Source of the DNA: the human T2T-CHM13v2.0 reference genome, Homo sapiens
Assembly: GCF_009914755.1 (NCBI RefSeq)
Contig: NC_060935.1
Strand: one strand, 5' to 3'
Length of the DNA stretch: 64,000 nucleotides
The notes under the pieces were generated by a model, which ran no database searches, had not been told where the DNA came from, and saw only the letters and a program-made list of their open reading frames with translations. The position numbers were made by a program, and so were the translations under genes. Below, in pieces: positions 12,691-27,399 of this stretch. The number at the start of each line of letters is the position of its first letter. Positions within the stretch are counted from its first letter, which is position 1.

Positions 12691-14024
12691 CGGTAAGAAA
12701 ATCTACAGGTCTCAAATATAAGTGGTCTTCCTGCCCAGCTCCATGCCAGTCCGCGCACCAGCCTGAGACATTCATGGGCTCGAAGGAAAAGCCCTGGGGC
12801 CAGCTGTAGAGATGAGCCCAAACCAGATCTGGACAAGGAGTGTCAGCTCCAAAGAACTCAGACTGGGGAGCCCAGTGGGGTCGGGGACTTGTTGGAGAAA
12901 GGGCCAGTCTGGATGGCCATTGTGAGGTGAGGGGCACAGAGCAGGCAGAGAGTGCAGAGCCATCCAGGACAATCATAGGTAGAGTAGAGAACATTCTACA
13001 TTTCCACAATTCCCATTGTGTCACTGGCTAAGCTCTGTATCCACTGGGAACAGTTGATTTTTTCTTTTAAGTCATTGGAAACACATTCTGGAATTATTAT
13101 TTAAAATTTTAGGTTCTCACATTTTCTCTATGAGGGAGCTCCCAAGTCATAAACTGGGGACCCATTTCATGGTTGAGGAAATGGCAGCAAAGCGGATATA
13201 ACTGGCTGAAAATTGCCTAGAAAGTGGCCACACAGCAATTTCACAATTAGCTGTCCACCCTCCAGAAACTCATGACCATGTGCAAAAGAAGACATGTATA
13301 AAGATGTTTACTGAGGCAGTATCTATAATGGCAAAAAATGTGGAAACTACTTGCTGGTGTTTTCCAGCAGGAGAATGGATAGACCGGGGCTTCTACAATA
13401 ATAGAATACTGTACAGCAGGTAGAATAATGAACAATATTTATAGGCAGCAACATCACCAACTCTCAAAAATATAATATGAGGTGGAAAAGGCAATTTGCG
13501 AAAAGACATATATGGGATACGATTTGTGCATATCTTAGAAAAACAGAACAATAGCATTCATTGTTTATGGATTCTCACATATAATAAAAATATAGAAATG
13601 TGCAGGCTGCCTCTGAGGTGGGAGGCAAGGAAGGGATGGAGGATGTCTTCAGTTGTATTGATAACATTTTATTTCTTCAAGAAAGGGAGTGTACCAGCAT
13701 GGAGGAATTCTGAAACAGAAGTGTCCAAATATTCGCATCTGTTTAATCAACCATGATGATTACTTACATCAGGATATATGGGTGTGGCTGGTTCTTTTTA
13801 TTATTTTTGGTATATTTAAAATATTTTGTGAATAAATTGGTAAATAAAAGCAGAAGGCACCATCCCATCCTCCAAACAAAACAAAACAAAAACAACTCAA
13901 AAAAACCTCTTGTAGTCAAGTAGACTTTTTTCTTATATCTGTTCTTGGCAAAATGCTGACCTCCCCAAGGCCCAGCAGTGGCCCCCTTTACTGTGAGGTG
14001 AGGAGGGGTATCCACACCAGGCTG

Positions 14025-17000
14025 GAGTAGAGGTATCACATTATCTGACTTCAAACAATACTACAAGCCTATGGTAACCAAAACAGCATGGTACTGGTAC
14101 AAAAATAAACACATAGATCAATGGAATGAATAAAGAACCCATAAATGAAGACACACACCTATAGCCAACTGATTTTCAACAAAGTCAACAAAAATTAACA
14201 ATGGGGAAAGGATTCTGGGAAAACTGGCTAGGCATATGCAGAAGAATAACAATAGATCCCCTACATCTTACCATATATAAAAATTAACTCAAGATGGATT
14301 AAGACTTAAATGTAAGCTTTGAAACTATAAAAATACTAGAAGAAAACCTAAGAGAAACTGTTCTGGACATTGGTCTAGGCAAAGAATTTATGACTACGAC
14401 TTCAAAACCAAATGCAACAATAACAAAAATAGACAAATGGGACTTAATTAAACTAAAAAGCTTCTGCACAGCAAAAGAAACAATCAACAGGGTATATAGA
14501 CAACCTGTTGTCTATATACAGAATGAGAGAAAATATTTCCAAACTGCATCTGACAAATGACTAATATCCAGAATCTATAAGGAACTTGAACAAATAAAAA
14601 AAACTCCAAATAACCCCATTAAAAAGTGGGCAAAAGACATGAATAGACACTTCTCAAAAGAAGACATACAAGTGGCCAACAAATATATGAAAATATGCTC
14701 AGTATCACTAAATTCATCAGAAAAATGCAAATTAAATCCACAATGAAATAGTATCTCATACCAGTCAGAATGGCTATTATTAAAAAGTCAAAAAATAACA
14801 TGTTGGCAAGGATGTGAAGAAAAGGGAACACTTATACAGTATCGGTGGGAATGTGTATTAGTTTGATATGGTTTGGCTGTGTCCCCACCCAAATCTCATC
14901 TTGAATTGTAGCTCCCATAATCCCCATGTGCCATGAGAGGGACCCAGTGGGAGCTAATTGAATCATTAGGGCAGGTCTTTCCCATGTTGTTCTCATGGTA
15001 GTGAATAAGTCTCACAAGATCTGATGTTTTTATAAGGTGATTTTTCCTTCCTTTGCTCTGCACTTCTCCTTGCTGCTGCCACTTGAAGAAGGACGTGTTT
15101 GCTTCACCTTCTGCTGTGATTGTAAGTTTCCTCAGACCTCCCCAGCCATGCTGAACCGAGTCAATTAAACCTTTTTTAAAATATAAATTACCCAATCTCA
15201 GGTATATCTTTATTAGCAGCATGAAAATAGACTAATACAGTAAATTTGTTCCTGGTAGTGAGGCGCTGCTTTAAAGATACCTGAAAATATGGAAGTGACT
15301 TTGGAACTGCATAACAGGCAGAAGTTGGAAGAGTTTGGAGGGCTCAGAAGAAGATAGGAAACTGTAGGAAAGTTTGGAACTTCCTAGAGACTTGGAGGGC
15401 TCAGAAGACAGGAAGATGTAGGAAAGTTTGGAACTTTTTAGAGACTTGTTGAATGACTTTGACCAAAATGCTGATAGTGATATGGACAATAAAGTCTAGA
15501 CAGAGGTGGTCTCAGATGGAGATGAGGAACTTGTTGGAGACTGAAGTAAAGGTCAGTCTTGTTATGCAAATAGACTGGCAGTATTTTGCCCCTGCCCTAG
15601 AGATTTGTGGAACTTTGAACTTGAGAGAGATAATTTAGGGTACCTGGTGGAAGACATTTCTAAGTGGCAAAGCATTCAAGATGAAGCAGAGCATAAAACT
15701 TTGAAAATTTTACAGCCTGATAATGCAGTAGAAAATAAAAACCCATGCTCTGGGAAGAAATTCATGTCAGCAGCAGAAATTTGCATAAATAAAGAAGAGC
15801 AGACTGTTACTCACCAAAACAATGGGGAAAATGCCTCCAGGATATGTCAGAGACCTTTACAGCAGCCCCTCCCATCACAGGGCTGGAGACCTAGGAGGGA
15901 AAAATAGTTTCGTGGGCCTAGGGCACCCCTACTGTGTGCAGCGTGGGACTTGGTGCCCTGCATCCCAGCCACCCCAGCTGTGGCTAAAAGGGGCCAACAT
16001 ACAGCTCAGGCTGTGGCTTCAGCGAGTGGAAGCCCAAAGCCTTGGCAGCTTCCGTATGGTGTTGGATGGTCCTGCAGGTGCACAGAAGACAAGAATTGAG
16101 GTTTGGGAACTTCTGCCTAGATTTCAGAGGATGTATGGAAATATGGAGACACCTCTATGTCCAGGCAGAGGTCTGTTGCAGGGGCAGACAGAGGGTTTTC
16201 CCTCATGGAAAACCTCTGCTAGGGCAGTGTGGAAGGGAAATGTGGAGTTGGAGTCCTCACACAGACTCCCCACTGAGGCAGTGCCTAGTGGAGCTGTGAG
16301 AAGAGGGGCACTTTCCAGAATGGTAGGTCAACCAACAGCTTGCACTGTGCGCCTGGAAAAGCCACAGAGACACTCAATGCCAGACAGTGAAAGCAGCCTG
16401 GAGGGGGGCTATGCCCCGCAAAGCTGCAGGGACAGAGCTGCCCAAGGCTGTGGGAGCCCACCTCTTGCATCAGCATGACCTGGATGTGAGACATGGGGTC
16501 AAAGGAGATCATTTTGGAACTTTAAGGTTTAATGACTGTGCTATTGGATTTCGGACTTGCATGGGGCCTGTAGCCTCTTTGCTTTGGCCAATTTCTCCCA
16601 CTTAGAATGAGTATATTTACCCAATGCCTGTACCCCCATTTGTATCTTAGAAGGAACTAACTTGTGTTTGATTTTACCAGCTCATAGGCAGAAGGGACTT
16701 GCTTTGTCTCAGATGAGACACTGGACTTGGACTTTTGAGTTAATGCTAGAATGAGTTAAGACTTTGGACAACTGTTAGGAAGACATGACTGGTTTTGAAA
16801 TATGAGGACATGAGATTTGGGAGGGGCCAGGGGTGGAATGGTATGGTTTGGCTGTGTCCCCACACAAATGTCATCTTGAATCGTAGCTCCCATTATTTCT
16901 ACATGTCATGGGAGGGATCCAGTGGGAGGTAATTGAATCATGGGGGTGGGTCTTTTCCATGCTGTTCTTGTGATAGTGAATAAGTCTCATGAGATTTGAT

Positions 17001-17886
17001 GGTTCTATAAAGGGGAGTTCCCCTGTACACGCTCTCTTGCCTGCCATCATGTAAGATATGGCTTTGCTCCTCCTTCACCTTCTGCCATGATTGTGAGGCC
17101 TCCCCAGTCATGTGGAACTGTGAGTCAATTAAACCTCTTTTCTTTATAAATTACCCAGCTTCAGGTATGTCTTTATTATCAGTGTGAGAACAGACTAATG
17201 TATAGTTCAACTCCTATGGAAAACAGTATGAAGATTTCTGAAAGAACTGAAAATAGAACTACGATTCAACTCAGCAATCTCACTACTGGGTATACACCCA
17301 AAGGAAAAGAAATAATTTTACCAAAAAGACACCTGCACTCAGCAGTTTCAGAATAGCAAAGTCATAGGATCAATCTAAAAGTGCCCATCAACAGATAATT
17401 GGATTAAAAAAGTGATATATATATATATATACCATAGAATATATATGTATGTACCACATATACAGCCATAAAAAGAACAGCCATAAAAAACCCATAAAAA
17501 AGAATGCAATCATGTCCTTTGCACATGTTATTTCCTTCTAAGGTACAGTGGAGGTACAGGCATTGGGTAAATACACCTGTGATGTGTGCATGGATGCAGC
17601 TGGAGGCCATAATCCTTAGTGAAATAACTCAGAAATAGGAAATGAATAGCACATGTTCTCACTTATAAGTGGAGCTAAACAATGGGTACACATGGACCTA
17701 AAGATGCAAACAACAGGCAATGGGGACTCCAAAAGTGGGGAGGAAAAGAGGGGGCAAGGGTTGAAAAACTACCTATTGGGTACTGTGCTCACTACCTGGG
17801 TGACAGGTTCACCAGAAGACCAAAGGCCAGCATAATGCAATGCACCCCCTGAATCTATAATTAAAATAATAATAATAATAATAAAA
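14025..17886 (+). mobile_element. 5'-truncated L1 (3' ORF2 + 3'UTR, L1PB/L1MA-like) split by THE1 #1
   Basis: ORF2 3' similarity (AAACAGCATGGTACTGGTAC, CTTCTGCACAGCAAAAGAAAC); rejoins across the THE1 as GGGAATGTGTATTAGTT|CAACTCCTATGGAAAACAG; (AAT)n tail. Confidence 0.92.
14864..17202 (+). mobile_element. Full-length THE1 (ERVL-MaLR) provirus #1: LTR 14864-15239, internal, LTR 16839-17202
   Basis: LTRs of the TGATATGGTTTGGCTGTGTCCCC...ACTAATACA type; PPT GGGAGGGGCCAGGGGTGGAA before the 3' LTR; perfect TSD TAGTT (14859-14863 / 17203-17207). Confidence 0.96.
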
Positions 17887-20309
17887 GGTCTCCTGTCTGT
17901 CTGAATGGTTAGGTTCTTCCTGTTGTGAGTGGGGAGCTGGTAAGGATTGAGGAATGGTTGGGACTTACCTGTCTATTCCCCCTCAGCCCTGCAGGGATGG
18001 AATACTCCTCAAACAAGGAAATCTCAGATATCTGGAACATAAGGGCACTGAGTCTGGATAGATGACTGTTATTCACTGATTTGTAAAACTTTAACCATTC
18101 TGCATAGTAAATTAGAAAAGGGGAGAGTTTATTATATATTTCCTTCTCTTTTTCTCTCTCTTCCATCTTAGACTACACTGACCATAACTTGAGAAAAAAA
18201 AAATGTGAAGAGTTGTGATCAGAGATAATGTGCCTGCATGACTATTTAGCATCTGTTGCCCCTGCTAGAATGTAAGCCACGTGAGATTGCAATGATGCTG
18301 GTCCCTGCAGCCATCTTCAGGGCAGTGCAGGTCCTGCAGAGAAATAGCACTCAATATGGATAGATAAATAAAGGCAGGCCTGCTAGGGGCTGAGATCCCA
18401 GCCCTCAAAGAATCTACAGTGCAACAAAGAAATGGGTAAACAGGCAGTGATGAGACAGTAAGATGGAGGAGTGAACAAGGAGAAACCGGCAACTAAAAGA
18501 TGGAGGGTGAAGAAAATAATAAAAGTGGACTCTTTTTTGAATGCCCATGAAGGGTGCCTATCCCTGGTCTCACTATGATGGGAGTGGGAAGTCACATGGT
18601 ACCAGCATGGATGAGCACCCCACTTGATTGAACCATGGGTGAAGATCTGACTAAAGCCTGATCCATCAGATTCTTCCTTGGACTTTGAAATTGGAGAAAC
18701 CATTGAACTGAGTAAGAGAAAAACTTAGCTGTCCTTGAACCTGGGCATGGTGGGGGATAGGGAGAGTGAGAGGAAGAGAGTAGCTGTTTCATTCCACAAA
18801 GTCACTCTTGGTCTTGGTTCCAGCCTTGCATGAGCCTTTCTGACATCCAGCTGCACCATCGGCCATGAAGGATGGTAAAATGTTTTTGGTGTTCTTCTCA
18901 TATACTTCCCTTTCGGTTTGAGCTATGTTTGGTGGCTTTCTGTTACTGTCTATCAAACTGCCTTAATTTAGACACGATCATTCTTACAAACGTTTGTGTT
19001 GGGGCTGCTTATATTTTAACAAGGCATTCCTCTATGAGGAAGGTCTGCTTTAGAAGAAGTTGCCATCCTGCCTTGAAACCCATGAGTAAGAATCAGAGGG
19101 CTACCAGGTCCTGCTGAACAGGGAAAAGACACCAGGATCACCTCCCCCTGGTTAGCCCACAGTGCCAGCCACTAATGTAATGGAAGTTTCCCAGTTCCTG
19201 CCTGTAACTTGCTATTGTTTTGAAGAAATTGGTGCCAAGATTTTCTGAGTGGAAATTCCATCTGGCTTTGGAAAGAGTGTTCACGTAGATTCAGGGTTTC
19301 CATGAGTAACAGCTACTGAATGTCCAAAACATACATTTAATTTGCCAACTTTCTGTGGGTGGGTGAGCAAAAGAGACCCAGAGGACCATGTTCTGGCCAT
19401 CACCCTTGAAACGCAGCACAGGAGGGACAAGCCTCAAGCCTGGCTGTCTTGCTTTTTTATTCAGCAGGTGGATGCATGTGCTCCGTATTTTCTTGCACGT
19501 GTGTCTAAAGTGGAGGATGACTAAGGAGCGAGAGAATTTTAGAAGATTCAGTGCCACAAAAGGAAAAGCAAATAATTGATGTTATTAGGCAACTTCAGAG
19601 GAAGAATATCTAGAAATGTGTTTCTACCCAATTATCTCCACCACTTGGGACAGAATGATATGTTTATTTCTTCTCTGGAGCAGTTTTTGATACTGGCTGC
19701 ATAATAGCATCATCTTTTTAGAAGTTTGACCAAAAAATACAGATGCCTGGGTGCTACATGCAGAGGTGCTGATTCAGTAGGTATGAGATGGGGCCCCTTA
19801 ATGCTGTGACCCAGTCCTAGTTCTGCAGACCGTAAGGGAAGATACTTGCTAAGGAGTCTCTTATCAGGCCTCACTACAAAGCACTCCTCCCACCCCATCA
19901 ACCTCTCTTCTAACCTATAAATAGCCTGGTCAGGCCCAGCAGTGCTTGCCTTCCTGTGGATGTGGTTGGAAACTGCTGGAGTAAGGGAAAGAGCTGAACT
20001 TGGACTAAACATGGCTGGGTTTGTGTTCTGGCTCTGGCCCTACCTACCATGACTTGACTATCCCAGGGCTGTCTAGTTCAAACCACAGGGCTCCTAGCCC
20101 CCACCAGCTGTCACTCAAGCCATCTAGGATAGCTCCACGGGATATGTTTGTGCCTTTAAGATTTCCAGTCACCTTCATTCCCACTATCTCCAAGACAGTT
20201 GTGCCATCTTGAAGACAGTAGCCAAGACTCACAGGTGCTGCTCTCAGGGTGTTTCCAGTTAGGTGGGGCAGCTTCTGTTGATTTTTTGCTACGTTAAGAT
20301 CCTTGTAGG

Positions 20310-20665
20310 TTAGCAGTGAAAAGCAATGAACTGCTTATATACGCAACACTGTGGATGCATCTTGAAAGTATTATGCTAAGTGAAAGGAGCTAGATTCAAA
20401 AGGCTGCACACTGATCCCATTTATATGATGTTATAGAAAAGGCAGAACTATAGGGACTGTACATAGATCACTGCTTGCCAGAGGCTATAGTCCTTTATAG
20501 GTGGACTACAAAGGAGCCCGGGAACATTTGGAGATCCTACACTTTGATTATGGTGGTAGATACATGACATTGGTATACATTTGTCAACACTTGTAAAATT
20601 GTACACTAAAAATATTGAATTTGATGTATATAAATTATACCCAAATTAAAATAAAATGGAAGAAA
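20310..20665 (+). mobile_element. Old L1M 3'-end fragment
   Basis: ATTATGCTAAGTGAAAGGAGCTAGATTCAAAAGGCT...GTATATAAATTATACCC is typical of L1M 3'UTRs. Confidence 0.7.
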
Positions 20666-22534
20666 AGTAAAGTTACTTGCCCAAGATCAGAGCCAGGGAT
20701 TCAAATAGGTGTGTTTCACTCCCAACTCCTGGCCCCTGACCCCTCAAAACCCTCAGTCAGCTCTGCAGGGGAGAAGGACCACTTCTTACGGAAGGCAGCT
20801 TTGTCTGTGGTCAGGTTTGTCAGAGAAAGAAGCAAGCAGTGGGGCATCATACTGTGGGGAAAGGAACTGTGTTCTAGTCATGGTTTTGCTACCTTCTAGA
20901 TTTGTAATATTGGATAAACTAATATATATCTTCAAATATTAATTCTCTCATCTTTTATGTAGTTTCTCCTTTGAGAATAATGAAAGCCTACCTTTAAACA
21001 GATACATGTTGAGAGGCCATGCAATTTAATTGTAAACTCAGGGCCTTGGGATCAACCCCAGCTCTGCATTCCTCCTTGCCCAGGTGACTTGGACAAATTT
21101 CTCCACTTCTCTGAGTTTCATTTTTCTCATCTATAAAAGGAGGACAGGAACGGTCTCTATCTCCTGGGACTGTTATGAGTCTTACAAGAAATGGTTCCTT
21201 AAAACACTTAGCAATATGCCTGGCAAGGAGTAAGCATTCGTGCATGTTAGCTATTATTATACTATCAGCATCCACATCATTACGAGGCCTAGCCAACAAA
21301 GCTTTGCAAAGTGATCGAGGAACAGAGCTGCCTTTGTGTGTGCTCAGCTGGGGCTCATGGGAAGGCAGGGAGAGGGAAGTGTCCGCAGCAATTTTGCTTA
21401 GACCACAAAGGGTTATGGAGGGTCTTGGAGCAGACAGCTCTTTCTGTTTATGCAGGCAAACCTTTTATCAGCCTCGGCACACAATGCTGCCAGGATGGCT
21501 GGGTCAGAAGAAGTTCACATAATAAACATGCTCTGTACCCAGAACACGCTCCCGTCCACGCCTATGTCCTATGGCTAAGGCGCTCACATTTTAGACTCCT
21601 TTTTTTTCCTCAAAATCTCAGGAGCTCCACATTTCTCCCTGAAATATGATTTCCACTTGGCCCTCTGATGAAATGTGAACAAGATTCAAATTAAGGGACT
21701 TGTCTAAAGTCCCGCTGGTAACAAGGGAAAGACTTCGCAGGGTTGGAACAGTTTGGATAGATACTGCTTTTCTAAAATTGTATCTTCTCATTTTGATTCC
21801 TCTATCATTGTCATGCTCCATTTATTCCTTTCCAGGAGTGGGTGTGTTCGCTTCATATCTCTGCAAGATGATAACCTCTTGCCTGTTTGGCTGTGCTGCT
21901 TTGGAAATTCACTCACTGACCACCACTGCCAAGAACACATACCAACATCTATCTTCTTCAAACTTCAGCAAGTGTCAGAATCACTTGGGGGCAGAGGGAG
22001 TGGTTGTTAAACACAAGCTTCTGGATTGAGCCCTAGACTTTGCAGTTCTAACAAGTTCCCAGATGATCCTAATACTATTGATCCAGGGACCAAACCTCTA
22101 GTACTGGGGAAACGAGTTTCCCCTGGTGCAGGCATTTCTGGCAGCATTCTAGCCCAAGTAAAAGAGAGATTTTGACTGTAGATAAAGTTAAAAGTTGAAG
22201 TGTTTTGCATGCTTTACATTCTACTTTAGTTTACCCCTAAACATGCTTGATTGGATTCAAATTATAGGACCAAGATAGAAGAAGTTGGTAAAAATCTGCT
22301 TAAGATAATGAACCAATGTAAAGAGTTCTAAAACGCAGGAGGACAAAAAGTGATATTTACAAAACACTACTGATATTCAAAGAGCAGAACTGAAAAAAAC
22401 GCTGAGTGTCACATACAAGGCAAAGGGAGGTCAGAAACAAGAAGATAAAAAGAGAGCAGATTAGCAAGTGGTTTGGATATGGTGCCTGACACATGTTAGC
22501 ATAAGTGGTTCATTCCCAGGTATATAAAGGTTAG

Positions 22535-23198
<664 letters not shown>

Positions 23199-23719
23199 GG
23201 TAGGCAGATATTGAAGAGAAGTCTGCCTTTGCCAGCTGATGGCTGCATACATCTCAGAGAGGACAGTTGATAGTTTAAGGGACCAAATAGGACTTAATAT
23301 CTCTTAAAACTTAAACATTAGATGAGCAGAGAAATTGTGTTTTAAGGGTCACAGTTTATCAAACTACAATGATATACTGTCTTCACCTATCAAAAGAATT
23401 AGGCAGCTCTATCTATTCTCATTCATTCATTCTACAATTGTATATTGGGAGCTTAAATGTCATCAGCTCTGTTCTAGGTGCAGGAACAGACACAAACAAA
23501 ATAGCAAAACCCTGTTTTAATACCACCATCCCCCCCCCCCCCCAAAACACACACAGAGAAATAAATAATACTTTAGGTAGTAATCAATGCTATGAAAAAA
23601 AAAGCAGAAAAACAGCTGAGGAGAATGAAGAAGAGTTGCCTTTTAAAATATGTAGTACTTTGGAGAGACTTTTCTGATAAGGTGACATTTGAGCAAAGAC
23701 ACAAAGAAAGTGAGGGGAT

Positions 23720-26700
23720 GGTGTCTGATAATGGTCTGGTATCCAGAATAGATAAAGAACTCTTATAACTCAACTACAAAAAGACAAAAAAAAATTAAAA
23801 ATGGGCAAAGGATTTTAATAGGTATTTCTCTAAAGAAGATATATAAATGGTCAACAAGCACATGAAAAGGTGCTCAACATCATTAGTCATTAGGGAAATG
23901 CAAATCAAAACTACCATGAGATACCACTTCATACTTATTAGGATGGCTATAATAAAAAGGAAATGGAAAACAGCAAATATTGGTGAGGATGCGGAGAAAT
24001 CGGAACCCTCATACATTGTTGGTGGGTGATATGGCTTGGCTGTGTTCCCACCCAAATCTCATCTTGAATTGTAGTTCCCATAATCCCCACATGTTTTAGG
24101 AGGGACCCTATGGGAAGTGATTGGATCATGGGGGCAGTTTCCCCCATGCTGTTCTCGTGATAGAGAGTGAGTTCTCACAAGATCTGATGGTTTTATGTGT
24201 CTGGCATTTCCCCTGCTGGCATTTCTCTCTTCTGCCACCATGTGAAGAAGGATATGTTTTCTTCCCCTTCTGCCATTATTGTAAGTTTTTTGAGGCCTCC
24301 CCAGCCATGCTGAACTGTGAATCAATTAAACCTCTTTCCATTATAAATTATCCAGTCTTGGGTACTTCTTCATAGCAGTGTGTGAACGGATCAATACAGT
24401 AAATTGGTACCAGGAGCAGGGCACTGCTATAAGGATACCCAAAAATGTGGAAGTGACTTCAGAACTGAGTAACAGGCAGAAGTTGGAAGACTTTGAAGAA
24501 CTTGGAAGAAAACAGGAAAATGTGTGAAAGTTTGGAACTCTAGAGACTTGGAGGGCTCAGAAGACAGGAAGATGTGGGAATGTTTGGAACTTCCAAGAGA
24601 CTTGTTGAATGGCTTTGACCAAAATGCTGGTAGTGATCTGGAGAGTGAAGTGCAGGCTGAGGTGGTCTCAGATGGAGATGAGGAACTTGCTGAGAACTGG
24701 AGTAAGGGTCATTCTTGGCATGTTTTAGCAAAGAGACTGGTGGCATTTTGCCCCTGCCCTAGAGATCTGTGGGACTTTGAACTTGAGAGAGATGATTTAG
24801 GGTATCTGTTGGAAAAAAAATTCTAAGTGGCAAAGCATTCAAGAGGAAGCAGAGCATAAAAGAGAGGAAAATTTGCAACCTGACAGTGCAATAGAAAAGA
24901 AAACCCCATTTTCTGGGGAGAAATTCAAGACAGCTGCAGAAGTTAGCATAAGTAATGAGGAGCTGAATATTAATCACCAAGACAATGGGGAAAATATCTC
25001 CAGGGCATGTCAGAGACCTTCATGGCAGCACCTCCCATCACAGGCCTGGAGGCCTAGGAGGGAAATGGTTCTGTGGGCTGGGCCCAGAGCCCCTTTGCTC
25101 TGTGCAGCCTCAGGACATGATGCCCTATGTCCCAGCTACTTCAGCTCTAGTAGTGGCTAAAAGGGACCAATGGACAGCTCAGGACATTGCTTCAGAGAGT
25201 GCAAGCCCCAAGCCTTGGCGGGTTCCATGTGGTGTTGAAACTGCAGGTGAACAAAAAACAAGAATTGAGGTTTGGGGACCTCCACCTATATTTCAGAGGA
25301 TGTATGGAAGTGCCAGGATGTCCAGGAAGAAGTTTGCTGCAGGGACAGAGCCCTCATGGAGAGCCCCTGCTCAGGCAGTGCAGAAGGGAAATGTGGAGTA
25401 GGAGCCCCCACACAGAGTCCCCATGGGGGCACTGCCAAGTGGAGCTGTGAGAAGATGGCCACAGTACTCCAGACCCTAGAATGGTATATTCACCAACAGC
25501 TTGCACTGTGTACCTGGAAAAGCCAAAAACACTCAATGCCAGCCTGTGAAAGCAGCCAGGAGGGGGGCTATATCCTGCAAAGTCACAGGCACAGACACTG
25601 ATCCAGGTCCTGCATCAGCATTACCTGGATGTGATACATGGAGCCAAAGGAGATCATTTTGGAAATTTAAGGTTTAATTATTGCCCTATTGGATATTGGA
25701 CTTGCATGGGGCCTGTAGCCCTTTTGTTTTGGCCAATTTCTCCTACTTCGAATGGGTATATTTACCCAATGCCTGTACTTCCATTTTATCTTAGAAGGAA
25801 CTAATTTGTGTTTGATTATACCAGCTCATGGGTGGAAGGAACTTGCTTTGTCTCAGGTGAGACTTTGGACTTGGACTTTTGAGTTAATGCTGAAATGAGT
25901 TAAGACTTTAGGGGACTGTTAGGAAGGCATCATTGTGTTTTGAAACGTGAGGGCATGAGATTTGGGAGGGGCCGGGGGGAATGATATGGTTTGACTGTGT
26001 CCCCACCCAAATCTCATCTTGAATTGTAGTTCCCATAATCCTCACATGTCACGGGAGGGACCCAGTGGGAAGTGATTAGATAATGGGGGTGGTTCCCCCA
26101 TGCTGTTCTCATGATAGTGCATAAGTTCTCATGAGGTCTGGTGGTTTTATAAGTGTCTGTCATTTCCCCTGTTGACACTTCTCTCTCAAGCTGCCAAGTG
26201 AAGAAGTACATATCTGTTGCCCTTTCTGCCATGATGGTAAGTTTCCTGAAGCCTCCCCAGTCATGTGGAACTGTAAGTTGATTAAACTTCTTTCCTTTAT
26301 AAGTTACCCACTCTTGGGTATTTCTTCATAGCTGTGTGAGAATGGACTAATACAATGGGGATGTAAAAATGGTTCAGTCACTTTGGAAAACAGTTTGGCA
26401 GTTCCTCAAAAAGTTAAACATAGAACTACCATGTGGCTAGAAGTTCTACTCCTAGAATTGAAAACAGGAAGTCAAACAAGTACATATACATACACGTTTA
26501 TAGTACTACTATTCATAATAGCCAAAAGGCAGAAACAGCCCAAATGTTCAACAGATGAATGGATAAACAAATTGTGGTATATCCATACAATGGAATATTA
26601 TTTGACCGTAAAAAGAATGAAGTGCTGATATAAGCTACAATATGAGTAAACCTCCAGAATATTACGCTAAGTGAAAGAAGCTAGCCATAGGGGGACAAAT

Positions 26701-26963
26701 ATTGTATGAATTTACATGAAATATCCACAATTGATAAATTCATCATGATTGCCCTATGCTGGCGAAGGGGTGGGAGAAAAGAGGAGAAACTGTTTACTTA
26801 ATGAGTGTGGGGTTTTATTCTGAAGTGATGAAAATTATTTTGAAACTATATAAAGGTGGTTAGGTGTACAGCACTGTGAATGTACTAAGTGCCATTGAAC
26901 GTTCACTTTAAAACAATTGATTTGTGTTATGTGAATTTCACCTCAATAAATTACTAGAAAAAA
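23720..26963 (+). mobile_element. L1MB-like 3' fragment split by THE1 #2
   Basis: Rejoins as CATTGTTGGTGGG|GATGTAAAAATGGTTCAGTCACTTTGGAAAACAG; ends GTGAATTTCACCTCAATAAA. Confidence 0.9.
24027..26354 (+). mobile_element. Full-length THE1 provirus #2 (THE1D-like LTRs ~24027-24398 and 25982-26354)
   Basis: Two LTRs, internal region and PPT; TSD GTGGG (24022-24026) / ATGGG (26355-26359). Confidence 0.95.
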
Positions 26964-27399
26964 GTGAGGCATGGAATGATGCCAAGACAAATTGCTAAGG
27001 CAAAAAACTGCAAAACACTGTACAGTGTACTGCACAGTGCAGTACATTACTGTGCAAATATCAGCGTGGAATTTCCCCTATGGATTTATCTTTCTGTACC
27101 TGATGAAATTTGGTGCATCTATTACCTTTGCAAAACATTAGAAGTTAATTAATTATTTTTAAAAACCGCTGCTAACTTCAGAGTCAGACCGGGGTTGAAA
27201 TTCCAGATTGTCCCCTCCCCAGCTGATGAGCTTGTGTCACTTGAGTTCTCTCAGTGATGGGTTCCACATCTGTAATGTGGAGTGATGATTCTACCTATTT
27301 TCCCAGTTGTCAAGTATATTAATGAGACTCTGCATGTGAAGGTCACAGTGCTTGGGATTCAGTGAATGCTGAATAAGTGGCTGTGGATAGTTTTTGCTC

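Noticed and set aside
15330-15450. ~50-bp tandem duplication near the start of the THE1 internal region (also in #2)
   Set aside because: Present in both elements and, as I recall, common among THE1-int copies, so probably a subfamily feature rather than a local event.
15605-16605. ORFs up to 218 aa in the THE1 internal region (similar ones in #2 and #3)
   Set aside because: Decayed MaLR internal ORF remnants; the frames are not preserved among the three copies.
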